Source of the DNA: a virus
Taxonomy: Duplodnaviria > Caudoviricetes
Length of the DNA: 49,530 nt
IMG/VR virus record: IMGVR_UViG_3300015050_000527
Span: 1-49,530 of that record
Direction: 5' to 3' (one strand)
A model generated the notes under the pieces. That model made no database searches, had not been told where the DNA came from, and worked only from the letters and a program-made list of their open reading frames with translations. Shown here piece by piece: positions 25,264-34,782 of this stretch (position 1 is the stretch's first letter; each line of letters starts with the position of its first letter). A program made the translations under genes and the position numbers.

Positions 25264-25770
25264 ATGACAGTACGCATCAAAACGGTCTATCTTGACATGG
25301 ATGGTGTCATAGCAAGTTTCGATGGTCGATGGAAAGAAGTATTCAACGAGACTCCCAACGAAACGCGAGAGCTTAAAAAGTTCAACGTAAGTTGGGAGGA
25401 CTTCGTTAAGACTGAACAATTTGCATCGTTGCCAACGATAGATGGTTGGAATCTTCTCATTGAGAAGCTCTCCTCTTATGGTGTAAATCTGGAGATTCTT
25501 AGCTCAAGTGGTGGAGAAAAGTATCACAAAGAGGTATCAGAGCAGAAAAGAACGTGGCTAAAAAATCTGGGAATTGATGTTCCCACAAACTTTGTTACTG
25601 AAGGTAGACTCAAAGCAAAATATGCAACGGCAAACACGTTGCTGATTGATGATACTCTTGATGTAATCTTGAGCTTTCACGAGGCTGGTGGACATGCAAT
25701 TCTTCACGACAGCACTAATCGTACAATCAAAATGCTGGACGGCTTCTTCAAAGACGACAGAGTTTGCTGA
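25264..25770 (+). CDS. HAD-superfamily 5'(3')-nucleotidase-like protein
   Basis: YLDMDGV, ILSS, K..WL and LIDD motifs. Confidence 0.85.
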   Translation: MTVRIKTVYLDMDGVIASFDGRWKEVFNETPNETRELKKFNVSWEDFVKTEQFASLPTIDGWNLLIEKLSSYGVNLEILSSSGGEKYHKEVSEQKRTWLKNLGIDVPTNFVTEGRLKAKYATANTLLIDDTLDVILSFHEAGGHAILHDSTNRTIKMLDGFFKDDRVC

Positions 25771-25787
25771 ATAAGGTAGGTGGTGTT

Positions 25788-26006
25788 ATGAAATTTCTTA
25801 AAATTACAGACTGTAGCGATCCGCATATGTGGTACGCAAATAAAGTTGGCAAATATGTGCCATTTCTGCGTGAGTATGCAGACTGCTATCTGAGTCGAGA
25901 AGATGAAGGATTTTCTAACATCGTAAAGCTGGACGAAGCGACACTTGTGCAATGCTGCACAGGAAACTGTAATCAGGGTCGCGAGTGTCCGCTGAGGCAA
26001 CTATGA
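25788..26006 (+). CDS. small Cys-containing hypothetical protein
   Basis: C-terminal CTGNCNQGRECP. Confidence 0.55.
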   Translation: MKFLKITDCSDPHMWYANKVGKYVPFLREYADCYLSREDEGFSNIVKLDEATLVQCCTGNCNQGRECPLRQL

Positions 26007-26152
26007 GACTTCTTCGTGATGATTTAAATCAAATCTACGTATGGGTAGACGATATCGATGAAAGCATTAGATTGAGTCCTAGCTTTGACTACGAAGAAGA
26101 TGCAGATAAATGGTATCAGGATATGATGTCCCACTTTAAAAAGCAATGATCA

Positions 26153-26350
26153 ATGGACATAAACGATAGAATGAACCTGAATTTTCTATTGAACTCTAGT
26201 GACGATGTACTGAAAGATTGGTACTCGAAAGTAGATGAAGATGATCACAAGTATGCGGAATCTCTTCTAACGATTGCATCTCTAGAATTTATTGATGAAT
26301 ACATGGGCACTAAAGATGCTGAAATTGTCTTAGCAAAGTACACACTATGA
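26153..26350 (+). CDS. hypothetical protein
   Basis: D..NLNFLL...W motif. Confidence 0.55.
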   Translation: MDINDRMNLNFLLNSSDDVLKDWYSKVDEDDHKYAESLLTIASLEFIDEYMGTKDAEIVLAKYTL

Positions 26351-26910
26351 AAAAAGAACTAGACGAACAACTCGTCAAAAAGTATCCTAAGATTTTTGTA
26401 AATCGTAGAGGAGACATGCGAGAAACTGCAATGTGTTGGGGCTTTGAATGTCTCGATGGCTGGTACGATATCATTGACAATCTTTGTCGAGTGATTCAAA
26501 ATCACGTAGACAATAAACAAAGGAACTATCATTTCAACGTAGACTTCAATAAGATGATCGATTCTGTTAACGCGGGCGACACCGAAATGTTTAACGCACG
26601 ATACGCGGGATACAAAGAAGAATACAAACAAAAAATCTTAGAAGACATCAGGTCAGGAAAGTTTGCAAAAGTGTCAACCGAAGATGGTGAATTTCCTCAT
26701 ATCGTTGTTCAACAAATCAAAGAAAAATACGGTACGCTGAGGTTCTACACAAATTACACAGATGACTACATCAACGGTGCAGTCTCAATGGCAGAATGTA
26801 TCAGTTCAGTCACGTGCGAAGAATGCGGCAAACCAGGCAAGCTGTACACCTCAGGCTGGTGGCGCGTTGCGTGTCAGGATCACAAGCCAGACGATGATCT
26901 GGACGACTAA
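26347..26910 (+). CDS. conserved phage hypothetical protein with Zn ribbon
   Basis: GFEC.DGW, QIKEKYGTLRFY, CEECG...C..H. Confidence 0.75.
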   Translation: MKKELDEQLVKKYPKIFVNRRGDMRETAMCWGFECLDGWYDIIDNLCRVIQNHVDNKQRNYHFNVDFNKMIDSVNAGDTEMFNARYAGYKEEYKQKILEDIRSGKFAKVSTEDGEFPHIVVQQIKEKYGTLRFYTNYTDDYINGAVSMAECISSVTCEECGKPGKLYTSGWWRVACQDHKPDDDLDD

Positions 26911-27010
26911 AAGAATGTAGTTTTTTAGCAACATTCATAATAACACTACGGTTGACTCTGGTATTGTTTCGTGTTAAACTGGCTTTATCGAATTGAGAAA
27001 GACACAGATC

Positions 27011-27352
27011 ATGACTGAGAAAATTGACTCCGACTTCCAAGTGTGCATTGACTCTTATCTTGACCACATCAAGAGCGACTACTGCGGTTTCAATAAAAAT
27101 GAGACTGAAGTCGGTGCGCGGATGCGCGACGAGTTCATCACAGGAATGAGTCTCGACATCGGCAGCAAATACATCAAGGTTATCACTCGCGGTTCAGTCC
27201 ACTCGTTCATCGTTCTCAAGGACGGCGGTAAATGGCGCAAGGGCGACATTCTTAAGCCTGCATCATGGAAAACGCCTGCGACGAATTTCTCACGCGGCAA
27301 CGTGATCACTGGCAAATACCAACAAAGAGTAACGTGGACTGGTGCACACTAA
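27011..27352 (+). CDS. conserved T4-like early protein
   Basis: KYIKV...SVHSFI...GDILKPASWKTPA motif. Confidence 0.75.
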   Translation: MTEKIDSDFQVCIDSYLDHIKSDYCGFNKNETEVGARMRDEFITGMSLDIGSKYIKVITRGSVHSFIVLKDGGKWRKGDILKPASWKTPATNFSRGNVITGKYQQRVTWTGAH

Positions 27353-27363
27353 AAGGATAAATT

Positions 27364-27597
27364 ATGATTGTCTCTCGCAAAAATTTTAATTCTGGTCGAC
27401 CCGTGATTGATCTTTCTGGTCCAGAAGGAAACGCATTCTCACTGATGGCAACTGCCGAACGGTGGGCTAGGCAGCTAGACATTGAATCTGGTGTTGTCTC
27501 TAAGGAGATGCAGCAGGGCGATTACGAGAACTTAATCAATGTCTTTGAAAAACACTTTGGATCGTACTGCGTTCTTGTAAAGTCATATGATGAATGA
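27364..27597 (+). CDS. conserved phage hypothetical protein
   Basis: IDLSGPEGNAF.LM...M..GDYENL motif. Confidence 0.7.
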   Translation: MIVSRKNFNSGRPVIDLSGPEGNAFSLMATAERWARQLDIESGVVSKEMQQGDYENLINVFEKHFGSYCVLVKSYDE

Positions 27598-27728
27598 GAC
27601 TCTAAAAATTCATGTTCCTAAGCCGCGCGACTACGTTGGCAAGGACCTTCGCTCGCCAAAGTATCGGATGCGCGTGATCGACAACAAACGCCGCAAGGCG
27701 ATGAAGTATCCTAAACAGGAACTCTTGT

Positions 27729-28037
27729 ATGAATTTTCTTGACGGCATGGGTCCTCGCGAGTCTATCGCGTGCCAACTTCAAGACACAGTCCGCTTCGGC
27801 GGCTTGGACACCATCAACGCAGCAAAGAAGAATTACTCTAAGATAGTCCGTGAGGGCAAGTCTTTCTACATCGTGCCGTTTGGTCAGTCCAGCAAGATGT
27901 ATGGATTCGTTGCAGTGGAGTCTCCCACCAAGATCGTGTTTCACTACGTCAAGAACGGCAAGAAACTCAAGAGAAACACCCGATACCTTTCGGAAGCCAA
28001 GTGGTTCATGGTAGACGAGTTTGTTAGTGAGTGCTAA
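27729..28037 (+). CDS. hypothetical protein
   Basis: AGGA RBS, 102 aa. Confidence 0.55.
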   Translation: MNFLDGMGPRESIACQLQDTVRFGGLDTINAAKKNYSKIVREGKSFYIVPFGQSSKMYGFVAVESPTKIVFHYVKNGKKLKRNTRYLSEAKWFMVDEFVSEC

Positions 28038-28073
28038 CTAACTTATATCAAGTAAGTAAGTGCTAACTAACTT
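28025..28073. repeat. tandem imperfect repeat (AGTRAGTGCTAACTAACTT) x2
   Basis: TAGTGAGTGCTAACTAACTT ... TAAGTAAGTGCTAACTAACTT. Confidence 0.7.
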
Positions 28074-28343
28074 AGCTTGATTTCCGTCTCGAAAACCTCA
28101 GTTTTCGCCAAATTCGCCAGTCCAAGTCACCAAAAAGACCGTCCAGGACGGCTCAGGAGCGTTCACCTGGACCACACCGATAGGCTAGCATCAACCACCA
28201 GAAAAAAATCGCTCCTCCAAAGATGTAGCATAAAAGCAACAATAATAGTTGACTGTTTTGTACGTCTTTTATTTTGTTGTTGACATCAGCCAGAAACCAG
28301 CTAGAATGGTTTCTGTTGAGTGATTGATTGATTGGAGAAAAAA

Positions 28344-29210
28344 ATGCCTCGTGGAGTTCCTAAAGCTGGTTTTCGTATGACCAAGAATCGTACCGTTCCC
28401 ACTGTTGCGATGCAGACTTTTGGCACGTTTGCCCAAGAGAGCACCGAAACCGAAGAGCAGATTCTTACTCGGCTCGAAACCCGATTCTCTGCGATGGATC
28501 TGATGACGGAAGCAACCTGCTTCGGTCACAATCGGTCACTCATCATCTCCGGTCCTGCCGGTCTTGGCAAGTCTTACGGTGTTATGAAGACGCTGGAAGT
28601 TGCTGAGAAAAAGAACTATGTTCCCATCGTGATCAAGGGCTACATTCGCCCGACCGGTCTGTACAAGTTGCTGTACGAGAATCGCTTTAAGAAGTGCATC
28701 ATTGTGTTCGATGACGCGGACTCTATCTTCGGCGATGACGTTTGCCTGAACCTGCTGAAGGCGGCTTGCGACATGACGGAAACGCGCCGTCTTCACTGGT
28801 TGACGGAAACCAAGATGGAAGATGAGGACGGTGAGCGCCTGCCTCGTTCGTTTGAGTTCGAAGGCTCTATCATCTTCATCACGAACTACGATTTCGACGA
28901 TCTTATCGCCAAGGGCAATAAGTTGGCACCTCACTTCGAGGCTCTGATTTCGCGTTCACACTACCTCGACTTGGCTATGAAGACCAAGCGGGACTACGTT
29001 GTTCGGATCAAGCAAGTTGTCTTCGGCAAGGGCATGCTTTCTCGCGAAGGTTTCACCGATCTCGAAGCTCTTGAGATTGTTGACTTCGTTGAAGACAATA
29101 CGGAAAAGTTGCGTGAACTGTCTCTTCGCATGGTAGTCAAGCTGGCTGGTCTGTTCCGTATGAATAAGAAGTCGTGGAAGGATCTTGCTGCTGTCACCTG
29201 TATGAGGTGA
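28344..29210 (+). CDS. AAA+/P-loop ATPase
   Basis: Walker A GPAGLGKS, Walker B IIVFDDAD, sensor IFITN; GGAG RBS; own promoter. Confidence 0.85.
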   Translation: MPRGVPKAGFRMTKNRTVPTVAMQTFGTFAQESTETEEQILTRLETRFSAMDLMTEATCFGHNRSLIISGPAGLGKSYGVMKTLEVAEKKNYVPIVIKGYIRPTGLYKLLYENRFKKCIIVFDDADSIFGDDVCLNLLKAACDMTETRRLHWLTETKMEDEDGERLPRSFEFEGSIIFITNYDFDDLIAKGNKLAPHFEALISRSHYLDLAMKTKRDYVVRIKQVVFGKGMLSREGFTDLEALEIVDFVEDNTEKLRELSLRMVVKLAGLFRMNKKSWKDLAAVTCMR

Positions 29211-29253
29211 TATCACCTCACCTAGGTGACATATGTCACCTGTATGAGGTGAT
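29192..29253. repeat. nested palindrome/direct-repeat cluster at ATPase stop
   Basis: TGTCACCTGTATGAGGTGAT x2 with perfect palindromes TGAGGTGATATCACCTCA, TCACCTAGGTGA, AGGTGACATATGTCACCT. Confidence 0.85.
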
Positions 29254-29438
29254 CGCCAGACGCACCAGGAAGCTCTAGGAGCGTTTCTTGTGCTGTGGTT
29301 GACACTTCCACACAGACTGCAACAAAAAACATGCTGGTAGACGCGGTTTTTTGTTGCAGTTATACAACAAAATGTCAAAATGTTGTTGACATTGTTCCTC
29401 AGTGTGATACACTGGATTTATCGAATGAAAGGACACGT

Positions 29439-29684
29439 ATGAGCAAAATTAGTTCTCTGATTCTGGCCATCCAAGAAGAGTTGATCCAAAACTCACTCAG
29501 TCTAGAAGAAATTTCACAAATCTACAATGTTCCACTGAGCTGGATTCAAGAAGCATCGGACATGCTGATGTACGGCAGTCCTGATCCTTACGATGACTCG
29601 ATGGACGGAGATGCGGAATCGGCACTCGCTTCCGTCGGTTGGGGAACAGATGAAGACTACGGCGCCTATGCTGAAGATGTCTGA
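29439..29684 (+). CDS. acidic hypothetical protein
   Basis: AAGGA RBS; MDGDAESALASVGWGTDEDYG motif. Confidence 0.65.
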   Translation: MSKISSLILAIQEELIQNSLSLEEISQIYNVPLSWIQEASDMLMYGSPDPYDDSMDGDAESALASVGWGTDEDYGAYAEDV

Positions 29685-29768
29685 GTAAATTAGTCAACTA
29701 TTTTTATGATGGTTGACAGGTTCTCCGGATGTGTTATAATGATTGTGTTGATTTGATAAGGCACTCAA

Positions 29769-29930
29769 ATGCGTTTCTATAAGGCTTTCTACCGCGGTAA
29801 AACTTGCATCGTCGAAGCGACATCCAGCTATCATGCTCAAGGTCTTGCGACAGTTGTGCTGAAAGCTCGTCGAAGTTTCGATGTTGCCATTGTTCTGGTT
29901 GATGTTCCTCTTGCAACTAACAGTCTTTAA
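29769..29930 (+). CDS. 53-aa early protein (not in ORF track)
   Basis: After TTGACA-17-TATAAT; MRFYKAFYRGK...EATSSYHAQ. Confidence 0.55.
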   Translation: MRFYKAFYRGKTCIVEATSSYHAQGLATVVLKARRSFDVAIVLVDVPLATNSL

Positions 29931-29948
29931 TTTTTAGGAGTAATCAAA

Positions 29949-30362
29949 ATGGCTTATGTCTCTCAAGAACGGAAGAAAGCACTGTCTCCTAAGATCAAAG
30001 CAATCTGCAAAAAGTATGGTGTTAAGGCATCTCTCGCGGTTCGAAGCCACTCTACGCTTGTGCTGAATATCAAGTCTGGCAAGATTGACTTTATTGGTAA
30101 CTCCAACCGAGTGTGCAGTGCTGACCACTATCAAGTTGCGCGAGGTTTCAAGCCGAACACCTCTGGCTACGAAGATGTGAATCCGTATCATTACAAGAGC
30201 CATTTCGATGGCAAGGCTCTTGCGTTTCTGTCTGAAGTTCTTCCTGCGATGAACAACGGCAATCACGACAACTCAGACTCAATGACAGACTACTTCGATG
30301 TTGGTTGGTACACCCGTGTCAACATCGGCAAGTGGAACAGTCCTTACCTCGTCGAGGCTTAA
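29949..30362 (+). CDS. conserved phage hypothetical protein
   Basis: AGGAG RBS; MAYVSQE...D.SDSMTDYFDVGWY...IGKW motif. Confidence 0.75.
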   Translation: MAYVSQERKKALSPKIKAICKKYGVKASLAVRSHSTLVLNIKSGKIDFIGNSNRVCSADHYQVARGFKPNTSGYEDVNPYHYKSHFDGKALAFLSEVLPAMNNGNHDNSDSMTDYFDVGWYTRVNIGKWNSPYLVEA

Positions 30363-30506
30363 CATGGAAATGACTCAGTTCAAAGTCAGATACATCCCGG
30401 GTGGTATGAGTCTGCATCACAGTGGTTGGTGGCTGTGTGAGACTTTTCTCCATTCGGGAGTGTACGTTGATCATCCACAGAAATATTTGCGACGGTCGGA
30501 CTACGC

Positions 30507-30764
30507 ATGATTTCGCTACACTTTTCGCTGAGGAATCCTTTCAATAGTAGATTCTCTACTGTGCGATTCTTTCATGGCAAAACTCCACTGCGCAACAAGT
30601 TTTGGGAAATTGAAATCACTAAATGCGGTGACATCATTGCGTTCGAATTCGAATTCACATTTTTGCGAGACCATCCAGGAATGAGACTCAATCTTAGTCT
30701 AATGGGATATTCGATTGGTGCTTCCATCTATGATAATCGCCATCGAGACATGATGAAAATCTAA
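30507..30764 (+). CDS. hypothetical protein
   Basis: 85-aa ORF, DH.G and YDNRH motifs. Confidence 0.55.
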   Translation: MISLHFSLRNPFNSRFSTVRFFHGKTPLRNKFWEIEITKCGDIIAFEFEFTFLRDHPGMRLNLSLMGYSIGASIYDNRHRDMMKI

Positions 30765-30804
30765 CACGCATGTAGATAAAATGTCTACAGTGTAGACATA
30801 AATT

Positions 30805-30826
30805 AGCCCCATCATAGGGGCTTTTT
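30805..30826 (+). terminator. intrinsic terminator ending the early region
   Basis: AGCCCC-ATCATA-GGGGCT-TTTT. Confidence 0.65.
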
Positions 30827-30864
30827 AATATCCTATATAATGATCACGACAATCAAATTCACAT

Positions 30865-31074
30865 ATGAGATACTACACATTTGTTCAGCCCGCCAATGAT
30901 GCTGGAGATCCAGAGTACGTAACAATGTCAGAAGATGACATTCGAAAAGAATACTGGCCATATTGGTACAAAGCTATGTGTGAGAAGTATGAACAATCTT
31001 ATGTGGATGAGCATTATTGTTTTGAAGATTGCCTTGACGATTGGCAAATTATTCATTGGGCATGGAAGGCATAA
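30865..31074 (+). CDS. hypothetical protein
   Basis: EYWPYW...EDCLDDW motif. Confidence 0.6.
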   Translation: MRYYTFVQPANDAGDPEYVTMSEDDIRKEYWPYWYKAMCEKYEQSYVDEHYCFEDCLDDWQIIHWAWKA

Positions 31075-31076
31075 GA

Positions 31077-31826
31077 ATGAAAATTGTATTAGCTACAGGC
31101 GGATTTGATCCTATTCATAGTGGGCACATCGTATACTTTAAAGATGCTGCGAAGTTCGGTCACAGACTAATTGTCGGTATCAATAGCGATGCTTGGCTGA
31201 AAAGAAAGAAAGGAAAAGAATTCATGCCTTGGGATGAACGATTTTCTATAATTTCAAACCTGAAGATGGTCGACGATGCGATAGACTTCAATGATGATGA
31301 TAACACCAGCGTAGGTGCAATAGAAAAACTCCTTGATCAATTTCCCAATGACGATATCGTATTTGTCAATGGTGGAGATCGAGCCGCGGGCAATGTTCCT
31401 GAACAAGAGTTTTTTAAGAATAATCCTAGAGTGACGTTTGTCTTCGGTGTTGGTGGAGACAATAAGAAAAACAGCAGTCGATGGATTCTTGATGAGTGGA
31501 AATCTCCAGTCACTCAACGAGTGTGGGGTAATTACAGAGTCCTCTATGAGAACAACTCAACAACAAAAGTGAAGGAGTTGGTTGTTGAACCAGGCAAAAA
31601 GCTGAGTATGCAAAAGCACTCTATGCGAAATGAACACTGGTTCATCGCACAAGGTCAAGCAACATTGTACTCAAAAAATCCTCCAGTCGTCTTCAATCAA
31701 CATGAGAGTCTTATGATTCCACAAGATTCTTGGCACCAACTTGCGAATGAAACAGATAGGGAATTGAAGGTCGTAGAAATCCAATATGGTGAGTGTTGTA
31801 TTGAAGAAGACATCATCAGAAAGTGA
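31077..31826 (+). CDS. cytidylyltransferase-like / mannose-6-phosphate isomerase cupin fusion
   Basis: TGGFDPIHSGH (HIGH), NGGDR, KKNSS; C-terminal LSMQKH..RNEHW...VEIQYG...EEDIIR cupin. Confidence 0.88.
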   Translation: MKIVLATGGFDPIHSGHIVYFKDAAKFGHRLIVGINSDAWLKRKKGKEFMPWDERFSIISNLKMVDDAIDFNDDDNTSVGAIEKLLDQFPNDDIVFVNGGDRAAGNVPEQEFFKNNPRVTFVFGVGGDNKKNSSRWILDEWKSPVTQRVWGNYRVLYENNSTTKVKELVVEPGKKLSMQKHSMRNEHWFIAQGQATLYSKNPPVVFNQHESLMIPQDSWHQLANETDRELKVVEIQYGECCIEEDIIRK

Positions 31827-31872
31827 TGTCAATGCAACTTGACAATACCAAATAAGCGTGATACACTAGTTC

Positions 31873-32457
31873 ATGAACATTTTTTATCTAGATCCATCGC
31901 CAAAAGTGTGTGCAGAGATGCACTTGGATAAACACGTAGTTAAAATGATTTTAGAATATGCTCAACTTCTTTCTACTGCTCATCGTGTGCTTGACGGCAA
32001 TCTGCATGTTGGCTTGTCTAAGACTGGTCGAAAACAAACAAGATATGTTCTTCCTGATGACCGTGAGTCTATTCTCTACACTGCTACTCATATCAATCAT
32101 CCTTCAGCTAAATGGACTCGACATTCCTATGAGAACTATGTTTGGCTGTATACCATGTGGGTGAATCTATGTCAAGAGTACACACACAGGTACAACAAAA
32201 CGCACTTGTGCGAAACGAAGTTGCTCGATGAACTTCGTGTAGCACCTGCAAATATCGTGAAGAGTGAATTCTGTGAACCTTGGCGAGCTATGCCAGATGA
32301 ATTCAAAGTAGGCAACGATGCAGTTCTGTCTTATCGCAATTATTACGTTGGTGCAAAAGCTCGATTTGCAAAATGGACTAAACGCGACACTCCAGAGTGG
32401 TTCGTAACTATGCTACATACTAACATCAACACAGGAGTAGTTCATGCCCACGTATAA
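31873..32457 (+). CDS. pyrimidine-dimer DNA glycosylase/DenV-like family protein
   Basis: MNIFYLD...HLDKHVVKMILEYAQLLSTAH...THINHPS motifs. Confidence 0.8.
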   Translation: MNIFYLDPSPKVCAEMHLDKHVVKMILEYAQLLSTAHRVLDGNLHVGLSKTGRKQTRYVLPDDRESILYTATHINHPSAKWTRHSYENYVWLYTMWVNLCQEYTHRYNKTHLCETKLLDELRVAPANIVKSEFCEPWRAMPDEFKVGNDAVLSYRNYYVGAKARFAKWTKRDTPEWFVTMLHTNINTGVVHAHV

Positions 32458-32680
32458 TTTCAGACATCGAGAAACAGGCGAGATTATCGAGAAGCTCATG
32501 AAAATTAGTGATCGTGAAGAATTTCTGAAAGAGAATTTACAATATGAGTCGGTGATTCTAAGCGCGCCTTCAATCGGTGATCCTGTCCGTCTTGGTATAC
32601 GAAAGCCCGATCAAGGCTTTCGTGAAGTTTTGCAGAAAGCTCAAGCTGCACATCCAAGGGGAAAGATTAATACCTTTTGA
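32444..32680 (+). CDS. conserved T4-like small protein upstream of phoH
   Basis: MPTYNF...TGE...GFREVL...HP pattern; AGGAG RBS. Confidence 0.7.
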   Translation: MPTYNFRHRETGEIIEKLMKISDREEFLKENLQYESVILSAPSIGDPVRLGIRKPDQGFREVLQKAQAAHPRGKINTF

Positions 32681-32712
32681 AGGAGAAGATAAATTCATCT
32701 CAAAAGGCAAAT

Positions 32713-33501
32713 ATGGCACGCAAAATATTAAAAGGTTTAGCAGACGGAGCGCCACCTGAGTTAGACGCAGGAAGAGGTCAAGTAACGAATTCGTTGAAGC
32801 TCAGACTAGATCATATGAAAACGTTTAGTCCTCTGACTAACAATCAGAAAGTTTTCTTTGATGCGTACAAGCGGGGAGACTATTTCATTGCACTTCACGG
32901 CGTTGCGGGTACAGGCAAAACTTTCATTGCATTGTACAAGTCATTGGAAGAAGTTTTAGACAAGTCAAATCCATTTAATAAAATTATTGTTGTTCGCTCG
33001 GCAGTTCAGTCTAGAGAAATCGGTCACTTGCCTGGAGATGTCACCGAGAAGATGGTGATCTATCAGCAACCGTACAGACAAATTTGCGACACACTCTTCG
33101 GAAGAAAAGATGCGTGGGATAGACTAGAAGAACAAGGTCATGTAGAATTCATCTCGACATCATTCATTAGAGGAATGTCATTCGACGATGCAATCATCAT
33201 TGTTGATGAAATGCAGAACATGACGTATGAGGAAATCGATACCGTCATGACTCGCGTTGGATACAGATCGAAGATCATTTGGTGCGGCGACTACAGACAA
33301 ACAGACTTGAATAAAAAGAGGAATGATGTCTCTGGTATTCTAAAGTTTTTTGACATTGCATATCATATGTCTGCGTTCACTAAGATTGAATTCACAGCAG
33401 ACGACATCGTTAGATCATCGTTGGTTAAAGACTACATCTTAGCAAAACTGAAATACGAAGATAACATCGATGATGCGCAATACAGGCAAAACAAAGACTA
33501 G
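32713..33501 (+). CDS. phoH: PhoH-like ATPase
   Basis: GVAGTGKT, IGHLPG, FIRGMSF, IVDEMQN, CGDYRQTD and DIVRS motifs. Confidence 0.93.
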   Translation: MARKILKGLADGAPPELDAGRGQVTNSLKLRLDHMKTFSPLTNNQKVFFDAYKRGDYFIALHGVAGTGKTFIALYKSLEEVLDKSNPFNKIIVVRSAVQSREIGHLPGDVTEKMVIYQQPYRQICDTLFGRKDAWDRLEEQGHVEFISTSFIRGMSFDDAIIIVDEMQNMTYEEIDTVMTRVGYRSKIIWCGDYRQTDLNKKRNDVSGILKFFDIAYHMSAFTKIEFTADDIVRSSLVKDYILAKLKYEDNIDDAQYRQNKD

Positions 33502-33510
33502 GGTTAATCT

Positions 33511-33972
33511 ATGCAAATAAGCAAAAACTTTTCTCTTCACGAATTGACTAAAAGTGAAGCTGCACTCAGGCACGGAATCGCTAATAATCCAGACGATGCA
33601 TCTCTTGAAAACTTGAAACTTTTGTGCGATAATGTACTTCAGCCTATTCGAGATGCACTCGGACCGGTTAAAGTAAATTCTGCATATCGAGGACCTGAAG
33701 TCAATGCTGCTGTTGGTGGTGCAAAGAAGTCTGATCACATGACTGGCATGGCAGCAGACATTGAAATTCCTGGCATGCCTAATGCTGAACTTGCTGAGTG
33801 GATTAAATCCAATCTAGAGTTCAGACAAATCATTCTAGAATTTTATACGCCAGGAATTCCAGACAGTGGTTGGGTTCACGTGAGCTATGACAAAAACGAT
33901 CTAAAGAATCAGTGTCTGACTGCAATCAAAGAAAATGGCAAAACCGTATACCTGAATGGATTGATCGCATAA
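33511..33972 (+). CDS. peptidase M15A (putative endolysin)
   Basis: SAYR...N..VGG...SDH..G.AAD...WVHVS Zn-binding motifs. Confidence 0.88.
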   Translation: MQISKNFSLHELTKSEAALRHGIANNPDDASLENLKLLCDNVLQPIRDALGPVKVNSAYRGPEVNAAVGGAKKSDHMTGMAADIEIPGMPNAELAEWIKSNLEFRQIILEFYTPGIPDSGWVHVSYDKNDLKNQCLTAIKENGKTVYLNGLIA

Positions 33973-34626
33973 GTGTTTAAGCATGTACCCACACAATTGA
34001 CTGAGCTAAATACAGTCACAAATAACGGAAAAAGATTCTATCAAACTCCTGATGGCAATTTTTTTCCATCTGTGACTACCGTGATGTCTATTCATAGTAA
34101 AGCTGCAATTCTTGAATGGCGTAAACGAGTCGGCGAAGAAGAAGCAAATAGAATTTCTAGCAAAGCTGCACGACGGGGCACAAAAATGCACACCGTGTGT
34201 GAGCATTATCTTGAGAACAAAGAACTCAAGAATGTTATGCCAGACACGATGGGTTTGTTTAAGTCTATTCAGCCATTCATTGATGACTATGTTGACAACG
34301 TATACGCAGTCGAAGCACCGCTGTACTCTGAGCATCTAAAAGTTGGTGGTCGAGTTGACTGCGTTGCTGAGTTTGACGGTAAGCCTGCAATCATTGACTT
34401 CAAAACATCCTCGCGAGTGAAGACTGAAGACAATATTCAGAACTACTTTATGCAGTGTGCAGCATACGCAGTGATGTTCGAAGAGAGAACTGGCATTTCA
34501 ATTCCTAGAATCGCAATCATCATGGCAGTAGAAGGAAATGATCCACTTCTGTTTGTGAAGAAGCGCGATGATTACATTGACAACTTCATCAGTCTTAGAC
34601 TACAATACGCTTCAATGTATGAATAG
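33973..34626 (+). CDS. PD-(D/E)XK exonuclease
   Basis: PSVTTV, RGTKMH, GRVDC, IIDFKTS and YFMQCAAYA motifs. Confidence 0.88.
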   Translation: MFKHVPTQLTELNTVTNNGKRFYQTPDGNFFPSVTTVMSIHSKAAILEWRKRVGEEEANRISSKAARRGTKMHTVCEHYLENKELKNVMPDTMGLFKSIQPFIDDYVDNVYAVEAPLYSEHLKVGGRVDCVAEFDGKPAIIDFKTSSRVKTEDNIQNYFMQCAAYAVMFEERTGISIPRIAIIMAVEGNDPLLFVKKRDDYIDNFISLRLQYASMYE

Positions 34627-34777
34627 AGGTTGGAACTTATGGGCTAAAGCTCTTGGTGAAAAGCAAGGCAAAACAGACTCTGACGCGGACATCATCGCTA
34701 TCATAAGAACTACAATTTTAGCTGTCTATATAATAACGAATATTTTTATCATTGCTGGTGTCTTACGACACTGGTAA
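34619..34777 (+). CDS. conserved small membrane protein
   Basis: WAKALGEK...AD..A.IRT...N.FI.AGV.RHW motif. Confidence 0.65.
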   Translation: MNRGWNLWAKALGEKQGKTDSDADIIAIIRTTILAVYIITNIFIIAGVLRHW

Positions 34778-34782
34778 ATTAT

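Noticed and set aside
28536-29378. Minus-strand ORFs opposite the ATPase
   Set aside because: Codon-bias shadows of a GC-richer gene
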